Below, piece by piece: positions 1-12,949 of a stretch of 64,000 nucleotides of DNA (its first letter is position 1; every line of letters begins with the position of its first letter). Origin of the DNA: Utricularia gibba (lineage: Eukaryota > Plantae > Magnoliophyta); assembly GCA_002189035.1 (NCBI GenBank), contig NEEC01000019.1, positions 62,001-126,000 on the forward strand. Reading direction: 5' to 3'. The translations under genes were made by a program, and so were the position numbers. The notes beneath the pieces are model-generated. The model was given only the letters and a program-made list of their open reading frames with translations, did no database searches and had not been told where the DNA came from.

Positions 1-3000
1 GAGTCCACGACTAAAAGCACCCACTAGCCTTGATCTTCAACAAAAATTAAAGGCATTGCAGAAAAGTTACAAAGGGAAGGAAAAATTGGTTGGTGAGGAT
101 ACACCTGTTGAGCCACCCAAGATCGTGTATCAGAAAAAGAAGAAGGGGAGGAAGGCTCAAAAGAAGCAGAAGGAGACAACCACATAGATAGGTGGTGTAA
201 CAACAACAACGAGGATGGAAGAAGAGGTCTTACCTGAAACAGGGATGGCAACAATAGAGGTTGAGGGAACCTTGGAAGATGCAGAAGGAGTGCATGATGA
301 CATCATAGCAGAATCTGACATACCGGAATGCACTCCAGCAGAAGAGAAGGAGCCATCCACACCTACTACTACGTCAGCAGAATCTGACATACCAGAATCA
401 GATTTCCCTCGTCTCAATCTCTGTATGAAAAAAATAAGGAAGAGAATGAAAAAAAAAGAGAGGAAAAATAGTCATAACAACTAGCATTCTTTGGAGGTAA
501 GCATATGCTATTCTTGCTCATTTAATCTTCGAATGCACCTTTTAGTATGAAACTATCATGGATGCTTGAGTGACCACCTGACTTGCACACTAGTGCACTT
601 TTAATTCAGACATCTTGGGCTGAATGTTAAGCATCCACATCGTTGTGTATGAAATGCATCAACTATTTGCCTCTTGTTAGTCTTAGTTAGAACTTGATGA
701 CAAGTCTAGTATCATTATAGCATAATGTGATAACACATATTTTTTTGAGTATTTGAGTACACGAAAATGACTCATATTATGCTACAAAACTTAAGTTTTA
801 TTGTCTATTTCTATGTTTTTGTGAATAGTATCGAAGTTGTGCTTTTTATTCTTAGTTGGGACTAAATTAGATTTAGTCATAACCTTAATTCTAATAGTTT
901 TTTTCTGAGCAATGTAGCACATGTTGACATCCCAAATCCCAAGGAATCGGATATGAAAAATTTAGTAGCAGAAGATGAGGCAAAAGGCTGAAAAGAAAGA
1001 CACAAAATCCAATGACAGGAAAAATGAGGATTTTGGACACAAAATGAGACAAGATGGAAAGATAAAGGGGATCTCCCTCATTGGAGCACACAACACATTT
1101 TTTTCTGGAGAAGAGATTTGGGGAAGAACAAGGAAGGATGACAGAGGAGAAAAATAGGAATGAAGCTGAAATCTGAAGATTAACCTATTGGGTTTCTCGT
1201 AGACATCGTATGTCTCAAAAGCAGCGGAATTTTAAAATTCTGGAATACAGTATACATCAGACGAAGAGATGTTCAAAATACCTTTCAGATGACTGCGTTG
1301 TTCACCAACCGCCAATAGCAGACGGCCTCTATGGTATCCACACGTGGAGCACTCCATCGATAACCTTCTCAAGTCTCTTGAATGCTGGTCGAATTTCTCA
1401 TGTGCTAGTAGAGAAAAACGCCTCCTTGTGGATTAGTCTTAGAGAGCACGAAGACCTTGGAGCAGATCTCAAGATCTAAATCTTTTTTATAGATATTTTT
1501 TGACATATCAAATCATATCTATATGAGATATTTTATTTTGAGTTTAATCAATATTAATCTCAAAATAATTCTCTATTTAATTTATCCACTTTACCAATTA
1601 TATCTCATGTAATTGTGTCATTCTATTTTATATCGATGAGTGACTCCACTATTGTGTGTGACCCTATAGGTTTCCTCAATCAAGGCCGTAATAATGGATT
1701 TATTAATTAATTCTTAATTAATCAAATCCATCATTATCGATCATAAGTGATGTCTAGCAACATATCATGATCCCCAAGATTAAAGAATAATCAGGTGAAC
1801 TGATTGAGCCTTTCCATGACCAGCCACCATGCAATGAACAGCTTTCATCATACTTATATCTCATTCGATACCAGAACATGGGTGTGTGTCTTTCTGATGT
1901 ATTGAACTTATAATTACATTCAAGAACTAACACTCAATGACCTACTCAAACAATTCGAGCGTCATTACCCTGGGCCCAAGACTTACTGTTAGGCTTTGAT
2001 GCAATTACTTGAGATATTATCTCATTGCTAACATGAGTGATGAATCCTTTATTGATCAATCAACTATCTCCAACCTTAAGGTGTCACATCCCTACTCATC
2101 CATACTAGGCAAGCCATGGTTAGACTCTCATTAGCAATGAGCGAAAATGTGAGCTTAAGATCAAGATAACTTTGTTGACCTCAAATCTAAGTTTACTTGC
2201 ATGGCTGTCATATTCAAAATCTTGCTACTGACACTTGGTTAGCTTCCCATAGTAGCATCTCAAAGATGAGTCATCCAGTGAATCGATTCTCTAATCGACA
2301 CCCACACATAGGTTCTAGTAATCTCATTACATCAATTGTGAGAACCATTGCCTAAACTGTTTAGGGAACTCAATGTGTGCCAGCTTATCTGTATTTGTGA
2401 TATCCTCATTTCACAAATACTCTAGCCAGGGAGTTTTAACTTGATCATGAGTGCTTGAAGAATCTCACATTATGATCTCATCATAATTTCTATAGCACAT
2501 AGATCAAGTAAAGGATTTTATCAATGATATAAATTTGATCACAATTCAAAGTAAATATCAAAAGATAAGATTTTCCAATGAGTTGATTGTCTCTAGAACA
2601 CATACACTAACAATTCAGAATCCCTTTTGTATACCGTATTCCAAGATCTGCGTTGGGGGTTTCTCAAAAATTTTAAAATTCCGCTGCTTTTGAGACATAT
2701 GATGTCTACGAGAAACCGAACATAACCTTCTATTTTTCAAAAGCATTACTCACACCTAAGAGTAACCAGTGACAGTTTGAGTTTTCTTTTGAACTTTTTG
2801 AATTCCTTGCTTCTTTTTTTTTCTTGTTATTGACTGTGAAATGATTATATTGTGGATGATGTTTTACTTTCCATTTTCATTTACCTTAAACATGAGTGGC
2901 CAATGCACCACCCATCTCATCTTAGATACAATGAAGTCAAAAGTTTGTTACTTTTCTTTATTGTATTTTTTTGTAAATCTGTCTTAGTCCTAGTTAAGAC

Positions 3001-3170
3001 TAAATCTATCAACGTAACCTTGATTGCATGCATTGATAATCACATGACAAGCATCAACTCTTCATGTTCGACCCTAATCACTATGCTCATAACTGTATTA
3101 TGTTTGAATGCCTATTAGGTTATAAATTTTATTTGGTAGGACAAATTGCAATTCAACGACGTTGTAATAT
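1..3170 (+). mobile_element. Athila-like (Ty3/gypsy) remnant: acidic env-like ORF fragment, 3' noncoding region and probable LTR, interrupted by the 1186-2722 insert
   Basis: Bases 1-185 resemble 4948-5130, which lies upstream of an Athila env-like ORF. Bases 770-900 (gctacaaaact...tagttgggactaaatta) resemble 48907-49040. The flanks of the 1186-2722 insert join across the TAACC TSD. Boundaries are approximate. Confidence 0.45.
1186..2722 (-). mobile_element. Composite LTR insert: complete Angela-like Copia LTR on the minus strand (2612-1186) plus the last ~110 bp of the same LTR family on the plus strand (2613-2722), flanked by TSD TAACC
   Basis: 2612-1186 is the reverse complement of the LTR at 41039-42508. 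2613-2722 matches that LTR's 3' end (~42400-42508). TAACC occurs at 1181-1185 and 2723-2727. Confidence 0.85.
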
Positions 3171-3289
3171 TTTTCGTTTATCATGACTTTTATTTCCAAT
3201 ATCCCATGATGTTAATTTCCACTTTCTCTTTACTTTTATTTCCATTTTCTTATCATCATAAATATTTATCTTTAATGTTTTTTATTTTT

Positions 3290-4545
3290 TAGAAATGCAT
3301 TCATCGAAGGCATCTATAGAAGATAATTCTCCTCATTCTTTAGAAGTAAATACTAATTTCAGCGATGATAAACATGCATGGAATCAAACTTTCCAAGCCA
3401 TAGGAGTAGTAGCTGCTTACCACGAGCGCTAAATGATGAAACAATCTTTCAATAATCGACCAATTAATGGCTAATTTTTGCTTTTCCATATGCTTAATTG
3501 TCATAATTGTAGGGCATACAACTCTTTGCGGATGAACACTCCCACTTTTCTACAATTCTCTCTACTTGTGATTGACTATGGTCTAAATAGAATATAATAA
3601 GTTGTTTTATAAGAGTTTTTCCAGTATGGGGCTAATATTATCCACAAGTGTTATAACAATCTATTATAGACTTTAGTTCGATGGGTTCAACTTCCATTTC
3701 TACTATTAATCCAAATATGCAATTGAATGACAAGCATTGACCTTTTTTAAAATTGTATTGGTGCAATTGATGGTACACACATTAAAGCTTCACTTTCTAC
3801 TACTGATCGCATCCATTTTATTCGATGTAAGGGAGAACCGACCCAAAAATATTCATGTTGTTTGCAACCTTAACATGTGTTCCCTTTTGTATTGATTTGA
3901 AATAAAGCCACTTGTCATGACAATAGACTTTTGCGAAAATATTTAGGAGATTATTGTCGTAATTTCTCAAAACCACCAGTTAACAAGTATTACTTACTAG
4001 ATTAGGGATTCCCTAATACTAAAAGATACATGGATCCATTCTACAATTAATGATATTAGTTACTTGATTTTTAACATGCATATAGTTTTAGAACTGCACA
4101 ATAGCTTTTCAATTATAGACACTCATTGTTAGGTAACTATATTGAGCAAACTTTTGACGTATGGAAAAACATATTTCATATAGTGAATGATTTCCCTCAT
4201 AACTTGCAATTCCAAAAATAAATATAGCTTTTTGTAACTACAATGACAATACACAATTTTTAAACTTGTAATTGATGATGATTATGATGGTGTAACTTTG
4301 GATTAATATAACAAAAAAACCCTCTCATCCTAGTGATGAGGAAGTTGCAAATGAAGAGCTATGTGATCCTTTTATAAACCAATTAAAAAACTCGATATTA
4401 TAAAGAACATATGACAAAAGCTAACTCATAAAGATATAAATGAACCATTGTGATTAATGTGTTTCAAATGTGGTTTCTATTCAAATAAATAATTTATTTG
4501 TGATCTTTTGATATTCCAATTCAATATATTTATGTATTTCATATT
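3290..4545 (+). mobile_element. PIF/Harbinger transposase remnant (DDE_Tnp_4), copy 1, degenerate
   Basis: NCIGAIDGTHI at ~3751-3783, YYLLD*GFPN at ~3990, and an IEQTFDVWK-like motif at ~4140. Many stops and frameshifts. Confidence 0.8.
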
Positions 4546-4559
4546 TTGAAGTTACAGGG

Positions 4560-6600
4560 GAGTTACATTCAAGAATTGTGATTAACCGCTCAATTTTATG
4601 GAACTACCCCTATCTCTTGTGAATTTGAGGGTAAATGAGCTCCTCACGTTTGCTTTATTTCAAAATCCGTCTCTTGTTCTTGAGAATTGCAGAAAATCTC
4701 TCCCAAGATGCCTGCTAAGCACCAACGCCAAAGTGATGCTGCTGCGAAATCTAGTGAGAAGGTTGCCGCATAGAGCAGCACGCGCATGAAACTAAGAAGG
4801 AAGCCACTGTTGTTCCTAACTAGGAACAATACAAGGTGATGAATGTTGAGAAGGAACAATTTCAAGGGTGGATGCCCTTTTCATGCTGCACGTCTAGGCA
4901 AAACTCTATCCCAAGGAACAAAGAAGCCTATTGTGGTAGAACAAAGGATTCCACGACTGAAAGCACCCAGTAGCCTTGACCTTCAATAAAAATTGAAGGA
5001 ACTGCAAAGGAGTTACAAAGGGAAAGCAAAATTGGCTATTGAGGAAGCATCTATTGAGCCACCCTAGATTGTATAGTAGAAATAGAAGAAGAGGAGGAAG
5101 GGCCAAAGGAAGCAGAAAGGAATCACCACGCAAATTGCAACTGAAGAGGTGATTGCAAATGTAGACGAAAACATGGAATCTGAAGAGAAAATTGCATCAG
5201 CAGGGGTTGATGAAGTCCTAGAAATTGTAAAGCAAGCAAATGAAGAAAAAGAAGTAAAAGCTGGTGAGGCAGAACAAGGTCCAACAAAAGAGGAATCAAC
5301 CGAAGATACTACTACTGCAACCTGAACCGAAAGTGGAAGAACCAGAGAAAAATTCCTGTGAGGAGGAACAGAAACAAATGAGAAGAGGAAAATGTTTACC
5401 TCACCTAGTCCCGTTGTTCTTGAGTTTAGGTAAACATGAAGAGGAAGAGAAGGGGAAATCGCAATGGAAAATGACCAGTGAGGGCATTCTCTACTTCAGA
5501 AAAAATGCAGAGATGCTAAACATGAAATACCTCTAGTTTGATGATGAAGAATTCGCCGCAAGGTATAATGAGGTAAAAGGGACAAAAGTGATGCCTTGCC
5601 GCATCATAGATTACGAGATATTGGTCGAACTAGAAATAGTTACTGATGTCTATTCACTACTAGAAAACTTTGGGCTACTTACTTTGTGTGACATGAATTA
5701 TCCTTTCTATTTTGAACTTATATATGAATTTGCTTCCACATTCTTTTATGAAAAACTAGAGACTATTAGGAAAAGAATTTTCACTCTTTATTGCTGAATG
5801 GAATGTAACCTTAGGATTCTGTTTTGAGCAGCATGTGGGCTCACATGCATTTGCCACTTCCTTATTTGATTATCCTGAAGATTTCGATGTTGAGGAAGTG
5901 TATGGGGTATTAACTAGTCAGCATGTTATAATTTAAACCTAAGGGTACAAAGGCTGACTTGTTTATAGAACCTGCTGCACGATATGTCCATTTATTGATT
6001 TCTATTGTGCTATTTGGAAGAGCCCTAGGATTTAATGCATTATATAAACATGAATTGTTCATTATATAGTGTCTATTGCACAAGAAATCATTGAATTTAG
6101 GGGCAATTTTAGCAAAGCAAATGAATAGGGACTATAGGCAAAACACCATCAATCATCTTTCATTTGGTAATGTCATTACCCTTCTTGCTCAAAGATTGTG
6201 TGCTGATCAAATTTCTGAGCTAGAACATTTTCGTGTGAAGACAAAAATATTCCCTTTAAATGCTCACTTTCTTAAAACCGCTGGAGTGATCCAATCTAGG
6301 GCGAGTAGTTTTGTGTTTAGATGTCTTCCAAGACTCTACAACAATTTACTTGCACAGAAAGCAAAAGCAGGGATCTCTTGACAAGAATCGAACAAATTGA
6401 AGGATGGAAAGGATTGCTGCTACAAAGAAAAAAATTGACATGGTATACGCTAGTCTTGGGATTTGTTTTGGGAGGTAAAAGAGCTGAAACAGGGAATGAA
6501 GGATTCTTCCATGATTGTTTTATAACTTATTATTGTTATATGATTATGTTTTATATTGTTTTGACTTATATTCTTGATTTTAATAATATTTGTTGACTTT
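4560..6600 (+). mobile_element. Athila-like env/ORF2 remnant
   Basis: An acidic Glu-rich region is followed by LENFGLLTLCDMNYPFYFELIYEFAST (5588-5797) and LNLGAILAKQM...FGNVITLLA (6076-6381), typical of the Athila ORF / plant transposon protein family. Broken by stops. Confidence 0.6.
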
Positions 6601-6649
6601 TAATGTGATTTTTTGGTTTTGATTTTTTTGGTTTTTCTTGATTATAGAA

Positions 6650-8420
6650 TAACAAAAATGTTAAAAAGTTTTGTGATGGAATGCCACCACACAAAGAACT
6701 CATGGAGAAACTCTTTGATGGTAGGTATCGTTGCCACTGACAATATAGCTACATACCAAATTTTGAAATTCTACCACCTGTGATAGATGGTGAAGTTGTG
6801 TCCTTGAGATAAAAATAATATTTTTATATAAAATTGTAATTGATGACTTTGTCATACCATTTTCAAGCTAGGGTGTAGTTTAGGGTTTAGGGTTCAGGGT
6901 GTATATCTAGTAATGGTATAACAAAAGAACAACCAAAGATATAAAAGAGTTGAAATGGAAGTAACTCGAACATTTTAGTCAAGTAAATCAAACAGATTGC
7001 TAAAGATAATGTACGTCAGTTAAAGAAGGATGATCTATAGCCTGTGGAAGAATATATGAGGATTTTGTATAATACCAAGGAGATCATCGGTATTGATGCT
7101 ATATGATGCATTAAAATGCACATCTTTTCTAAGATAATTGAACGTCGTATATTCTTGGTCATCGACATTGATGAAAAAATGTATAGCATATTTGAAGAGT
7201 CAAATGATCACTTCTTGATCCTCAAACTACTCTCGATGTACATATATTAGATCCTTAAACCATAGGAGTAGTAGCTACTTACCATGAGCGCTAAATGATG
7301 AAATGATCCTTCAATAGTTGGCCAATTAATGACTAGTCTTTGCTTCTCGATATGCTTAATTATTATAATCGTAAGGTATACAATTCTTTACAGATGAATA
7401 CTCCCAATTTTCTACAATTATGTCATCTACTTATGAATGACTATGATCTAAAGAGAATATCACAAGTTCAAGAAAAATTAACCATGTTTCTTAAAGCAGT
7501 CGAACATCGAACAACAAATCATTTTTTGTAGGATTTTTTCCAACATGGGGCTGATACTATTCGCAAGTCTTTTAGCAATGTATTACAGGCTTTAGTTCAA
7601 TAGGTTCAACTTTCATGGGTATATCCTACTATTGATACGTATATGCAATCGAATCATAAGCATTGTCCTTTTTTTAATATTGTATTGATATAATTGATGG
7701 TACACATATTAGAGCTTCATTTACTGCTACTCATCACATCCGTTTTATTGGATGTAAGGGAGAATCAACCCAAAACATTCATGTTGTTTGCAACTTTAAC
7801 ATATGTTTTGCAAGAATGTTTAGGAGATGATCATTGTAATTTCCCAAAACAACCACTTGAAAAATACTACTTACTAGATTAGGTACTCCTTAATACCAAA
7901 GGATATACGGCTCTATTCTACAATCAATGATGTCATTTACCTGATTTTTAACATGCACGTGGTTTTAGAACTACACAATAGCTTTTCAATTATAGACACT
8001 CATTTCTAGATAACTGTATTGAGCGAACTTTTGAAGTATGGAAAACAAATTTCATATAGTGAATGATTTTCCTCATAACTTGCCATTTTGAAAATAAATG
8101 CAACTTGTTGTAACTATGAGCAATACACAATATTTAACGTGTAATTGATGATGGTGGTACAACTTTGGATTAATATAACAAAAAACTCTCTCATCCTAAT
8201 GATGAAGGAGTTGCAAGTGAAGAGTTAAGTAAATGAACTTTATATGGACCAGTTAAAAAACTCAATATGTAATGAATTATGAAGTACTTATCATGGGAGC
8301 TAACTCATAAAGATATATATGAATCATCGTGATTAGTGTATTTCAAATGTGGTTTCCATTCAAATAAATAATTTATTTGTGATCTTTTGATATTCTAATT
8401 CAATATATTTATGTATTTCA
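6650..8420 (+). mobile_element. PIF/Harbinger transposase remnant, copy 2, degenerate
   Basis: Collinear direct similarity with copy 1 from cataggagtagtagc (7261 vs ~3399) to ttcaatatattttatgtatttcatattt (~8400 vs ~4520). IDGTHI at ~7693-7710. The 5' boundary is approximate. Confidence 0.75.
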
Positions 8421-9017
8421 TATTTGTGTTTTATTTGAAACAATGATATTATTATTCTTATTCAATCTATATATACTATTAATAATAATCTTCTTTCATA
8501 AATGGATAAAAATGACAATTTATTTTTAATGGGAAAGTAGATTTGAAATTTGGTATGAAAATAAGAATTAAAATCAATACTACTAAATATAATTTATAAA
8601 TTCTCAAAAAATAACTTTTACTTTCTATTTATTTTTTAAAATTCTACTTCTTAAAAAAAGTATTATTTTAAAAGTATGTTAGAACATATCATTACTCATT
8701 TACTCATTTTAAAACAATTTTCTAGTATTTTCAATGCTATATGATCTTTTTATGATTTTGGAATATACCTTGAGAGGAATTAAGATGAAAATAGGAAATT
8801 CGCACTTTCATGTTGCGAACACGTAATTCATATAAGAAATGCCGTTTGGCAAATGGAGAGTACATCACCAACGTGTGGTGGATTCCCAATCCTCACAGGT
8901 GAATTGTTAAAGCAGCCGGGGAGTTCATCTCCTTGCTCGCAGCCCATCTGAAGAAACAAGATCATTGTCTGAAGTTTCAATCTTGACCCTTCGCCCCTTT
9001 CCAACTTTGACTCTATT

Positions 9018-10546
9018 ATGGAGTCGGTTTCTTTGCCGGCCGTAACTCCAAAAGATGCCGACTCCTCCGCAATTTCACCTAAAGAAGAAGAGCATCTGCT
9101 GATCTCGCCGCCGCCGCTGATTGACAACCACTCTCCTCCTAAATCTGCCCCGAGTAAACTTGTGTTGATCTGCCTAGTTGTGGTCACTTCGATTGCTGTA
9201 CTTTTAGCCCTTGTTTTTGCTTATTTGTTTGCAACTTATTCTCCCTCACATTTCCAAAAAAACGCTGCTTCCCCATCTGCTTCTTCGTTACCTTCGAATA
9301 ACGCTACTGTCGGCATCTCGGCTACTCCCAATTTGAGTTACGAGGTCGCAAGGCCGCTGTCAAAGCTGAAGAACCCTGTGGTTTTGCTAGTTTCAAGTGA
9401 TGGGTTTCGATTTGGGTATCAATTCAGAACTGAAACCCCAAACATCAATAGATTGATCATGAATGGCACTGAAGCTGAGAGGGGTTTGATTCCAGTTTTC
9501 CCGACGTTGACTTTCCCCAACCATTACTCCATTGTTACAGGCTTGTATCCGGCATTCCATGGAATTATCAATAACTACTTCACTGATCCTGTGTCTGGAG
9601 ACAAGTTCACCATGGCTAGTCATGAACCCAAATGGTGGTTGGGAGAACCCCTGTGGGAAACAGTGGTGAATCATGGTTTGAAAGCTGCAACATACTTTTG
9701 GCCTGGCTCTGAGGTACACAAGGGTTCTTGGGATTGCCCCATTAACTATTGTAGGAACTATGATGGTGCTGTTCCTTTTGAAGAGAGAGTGGATACTGTT
9801 TTGAAATACTTTGACTTGCCTAGTAATGATATCCCTTCTTTCATTACCTTGTACTTCGAGGACCCTGATCATCAAGGTCACGAAGTCGGCCTGATGATCC
9901 GCAGATTACAGCAGCAGTTGCTAGAATTGATGAAATGCTGGGAAGATTGATTCAAGGATTAGAACAAAGAGGTGTTTTTGAGGATGTTACAATTATTCTT
10001 CTAGGTGATCATGGCATGGTTGGAACCTGTGATAAAAAGTTGATCTTTTTGGATGACCTTTCAAACTGGATTCGTATTCCACCTCAGTGGGTTCAATCCT
10101 ACACACCCCTGCTAGCAATCAAACCAGATTCAAGCGTTTCAGCTAAAAATGTGGTGGACAAGATGAACCAAGGGCTGCAATCAGGCATAGTGAAGAATGG
10201 AGAACAACTGAGAGTTTATCTCAAGGAAGATTTGCCTGAGAGACTGCATTATGCAGATAGCTACCGAATCCCTCCTATTGTGGGGTTGATTGAAGAAGGG
10301 TTTAAGATTGAGCAGAAAAGATCAAGAACTCAGGAATGCGGAGGTGCTCATGGATATGACAACAGATTCTTCTCCATGAGAACCATTTTCATTGCACATG
10401 GTCCACAGTTTGGGAAGGGAAGAAAAGTACCTTCCTTTGAAAATGTGGAGATTTACAACTTGGTTACCAAGATTCTTAACATACATGGAGCTGCAAACAA
10501 TGGGACGGCTTCGTTTTCAGACAGTGTTCTTTTACCTGCAGCTTGA
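9018..10546 (+). CDS. Ectonucleotide pyrophosphatase/phosphodiesterase (type I phosphodiesterase, alkaline-phosphatase superfamily), intronless, with an apparent 1-nt deletion at ~9890
   Basis: N-terminal TM anchor, SSDGFRFGY, catalytic PTLTFPNHYSIVTGLYP, EDPDHQGH, LGDHGM and GAHGYDN. ORFs 9018-9950 and 9935-10546 join if GGCCTGAT is read as GGC CCT GAT (GPDDPQITAAVARIDEMLGRL). Confidence 0.93.
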
Positions 10547-10834
10547 TATTTGTCATGTATATGCTGTTTTGGTGTGGTTGAATCGTGGACTGTCTCGAAC
10601 TATACATTGCTCTGTTTACATGAGCTTGTGAATGTGGATCTTGAAAGTGGGTTCGAGCGCACGCTAGCAGAGGAAGGCCAAACGGATCACAGCATCCTTT
10701 TCAATGAAGGGACCCAAGTCTTATGGCAGCCAGGAGTTTTATTGATACTTCGTACAATGAAGATAAGTAATGTGGATGATAAATAGCTCATTTCGTTTAA
10801 GAGTACACAGAGCGCGAGGGACAATCAGCTGCAT

Positions 10835-11758
10835 TCATGCGCTTGAAACCTGTTGACAAGAGAATGCCTGGAACTCACACTTGGGGGAAACGGCCTTCAG
10901 CAATAACCTTGCCGTGTCTTCTTGCTTGACTTCGGCTCCTTCCTTCTCCACCAGCGCCGCCGCCACAATTCTCTCATAATCGCCGCCGTTGCTGCCGACA
11001 ACGTACGCAACCAGAGCACATTGCACCGGTCCGAGACTTGGATTGTAAGCAGCAGATTCGGCGTAGGAGCCTCTGTAGACTACACCTTCGCAGTCCATCA
11101 ACGCGATCCCCGAGGGGCACCCGCTGTATGGAGCGTGAGCCTTGTTTGCAGCTTCTAGCGCTGATTTCGACAATTTTGCAGAGTTGTTTCTGTTCAAGGG
11201 ATCGAGATTCTCGATCTGTGGGGATGCGTTTAAGGCTAATTGATTGTCGTGGTGTTCTAGGAGGAGTGGGGTATCTTCATCGAGCAAATCGTGCGGCCCA
11301 AATGGATTGGGAAGAAATGTGGACAAGGGCATGAAATCAGGGATTTGAATCGAATTGCTTTCGATTTCGTTTTCGAGGATGAGGATCTGAAGAGAGGCGG
11401 AGTGACGGACTTCTTGGAAGAATTGGCGGCAGTGGCCGCATGGGGCGGAGGAAACGGCTACGGCGATGAGGCGATCACAGCCATGAATTGCAAGATTAGT
11501 AAGAAGGAACTGTTCGGCGTGGACGGAGTGATGGAGTGGTAAGCCAGGGAATTCGAGATTGACGCCGATGAAAATGCGACCGTCGGAGCCGAGACCGACG
11601 GCCGCGACGTGATAGTTGGAAACCGGAGGGCGGGCTAAGGATTTGGAGGAATGGAGAAGATGAGGGAGGAGGTGGAGAACCGAAGGGAGGTTCAGAGATC
11701 TCGCCATGGATTCCGCCGCAGAAGCTTGAATCACGAATTCAGATTGACGCCGATCCAT
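10835..11758 (-). CDS. CDA: Cytidine deaminase (two-domain plant type), intronless
   Basis: HHSVHAEQF and SAPCGHCRQF zinc motifs, and HAPYSGCPSG...ESAAYNPSLGPVQ. The likely start is MDRRQSEFVI (ATG at 11758); the track ORF starts 60 nt further upstream. Confidence 0.95.
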   Translation of the reverse strand: MDRRQSEFVIQASAAESMARSLNLPSVLHLLPHLLHSSKSLARPPVSNYHVAAVGLGSDGRIFIGVNLEFPGLPLHHSVHAEQFLLTNLAIHGCDRLIAVAVSSAPCGHCRQFFQEVRHSASLQILILENEIESNSIQIPDFMPLSTFLPNPFGPHDLLDEDTPLLLEHHDNQLALNASPQIENLDPLNRNNSAKLSKSALEAANKAHAPYSGCPSGIALMDCEGVVYRGSYAESAAYNPSLGPVQCALVAYVVGSNGGDYERIVAAALVEKEGAEVKQEDTARLLLKAVSPKCEFQAFSCQQVSSA

Positions 11759-12949
11759 CGGAAGAAACGAAGGATTTCGCGGGTGCGTCCTCTGACCTGT
11801 CTTCCAATGCAATTCCACCCAATCTTTTTAAAAAGAAAAGAGCCACACTTTTGCACGTCTGTATAGGCATTAGATGATTGTGGAATGAATTGGTTTAGTT
11901 TTATTAATGATTTATTTGAGGATAAAAGTTTTACCCCTTTTCTTATCTTATTTTATCCTTTACAAGGAAAATTTCATTTTTAGATTTAATAAACTTTTGT
12001 ATAAACTGGGTTAAATACACATCTTATCCCTTTAAATAAATTCAAACTTAATAATTAAATATGAGCTAAATATCACATTTTGAAAAAATCGGGCGTATTT
12101 TTTTGAAACAAAAATTCTTTTTAATTTCTATTTTTTTATATGTAAATCAGTTATATTTCATAATAAATATATTTATAACATATTTTTTTATAAACGCAAT
12201 TAAAAATAAAAATTAAGTTTGTAAACAAATTTTTAAAAAACACCATGACAATAATATTTTAGAATTGACTGACACCTGCTGTTTTTTTTTTGGGGGGGGG
12301 GGGATTGTCATCTAATCACACTTACAAAATCAAAAACTTCTTTGTGCATCTGCATGATTGATATTGATTTCTTAATCAAAAGGATCACGTGATGTAGATG
12401 TGATTTTGGGTTTTTTTGTTAATCTTACAAAAATTAAGACACCATAAAAGTTAGAAATTAATGTGATTTTTTTGGATGAATAAATGTTATATTATTTTTC
12501 TAATTTTAATATTTTTAGATTTTAATTTCGTTGAAATATCAAAATTATTGATTTAAAATAGGAATGTATAATTGGATCTGATTTCATACCAAATTTAACG
12601 ATATTTGATCCAAGTTTTTTGTTTATAAATATTCCATTTTATATGCAAATAAGATTGGTATTTAAATATATAAAATTCATTAATAATATAATTAGTTGTA
12701 GTGCTTTATTCAACATTTTTTAAAATATGTAAATATTTTTAAATCATACCTATTTTCAAAATAAAAATTTTAAAAATATACTTTAAAGTAATGATTAGTC
12801 TCAAAAATATAATTTTATAATGAAATACTTGTCCGAGACAAAAATATTATCCAAGGCTATAAAAATTGTTTTAATGTTGAAATTGAAAACTGGTGTTCGA
12901 AGGCCGGATCCGGCCGCGAAGGCGAGGTGGGGTTCCTCTTGACTCTCTG

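Noticed and set aside
8828-9881. Minus-strand ORFs of 119 aa and 162 aa overlapping the NPP gene
   Set aside because: Antisense shadows of a well-supported CDS, with no recognisable motifs.
10922-11866. Several plus-strand ORFs over the cytidine deaminase
   Set aside because: Antisense shadows of a GC-rich CDS.
12282-12303. T10-G12 homopolymer junction between CDA and LpxA
   Set aside because: Simple low-complexity run. A single G tract is not enough to call a G-quadruplex, and its length is unreliable in this assembly.
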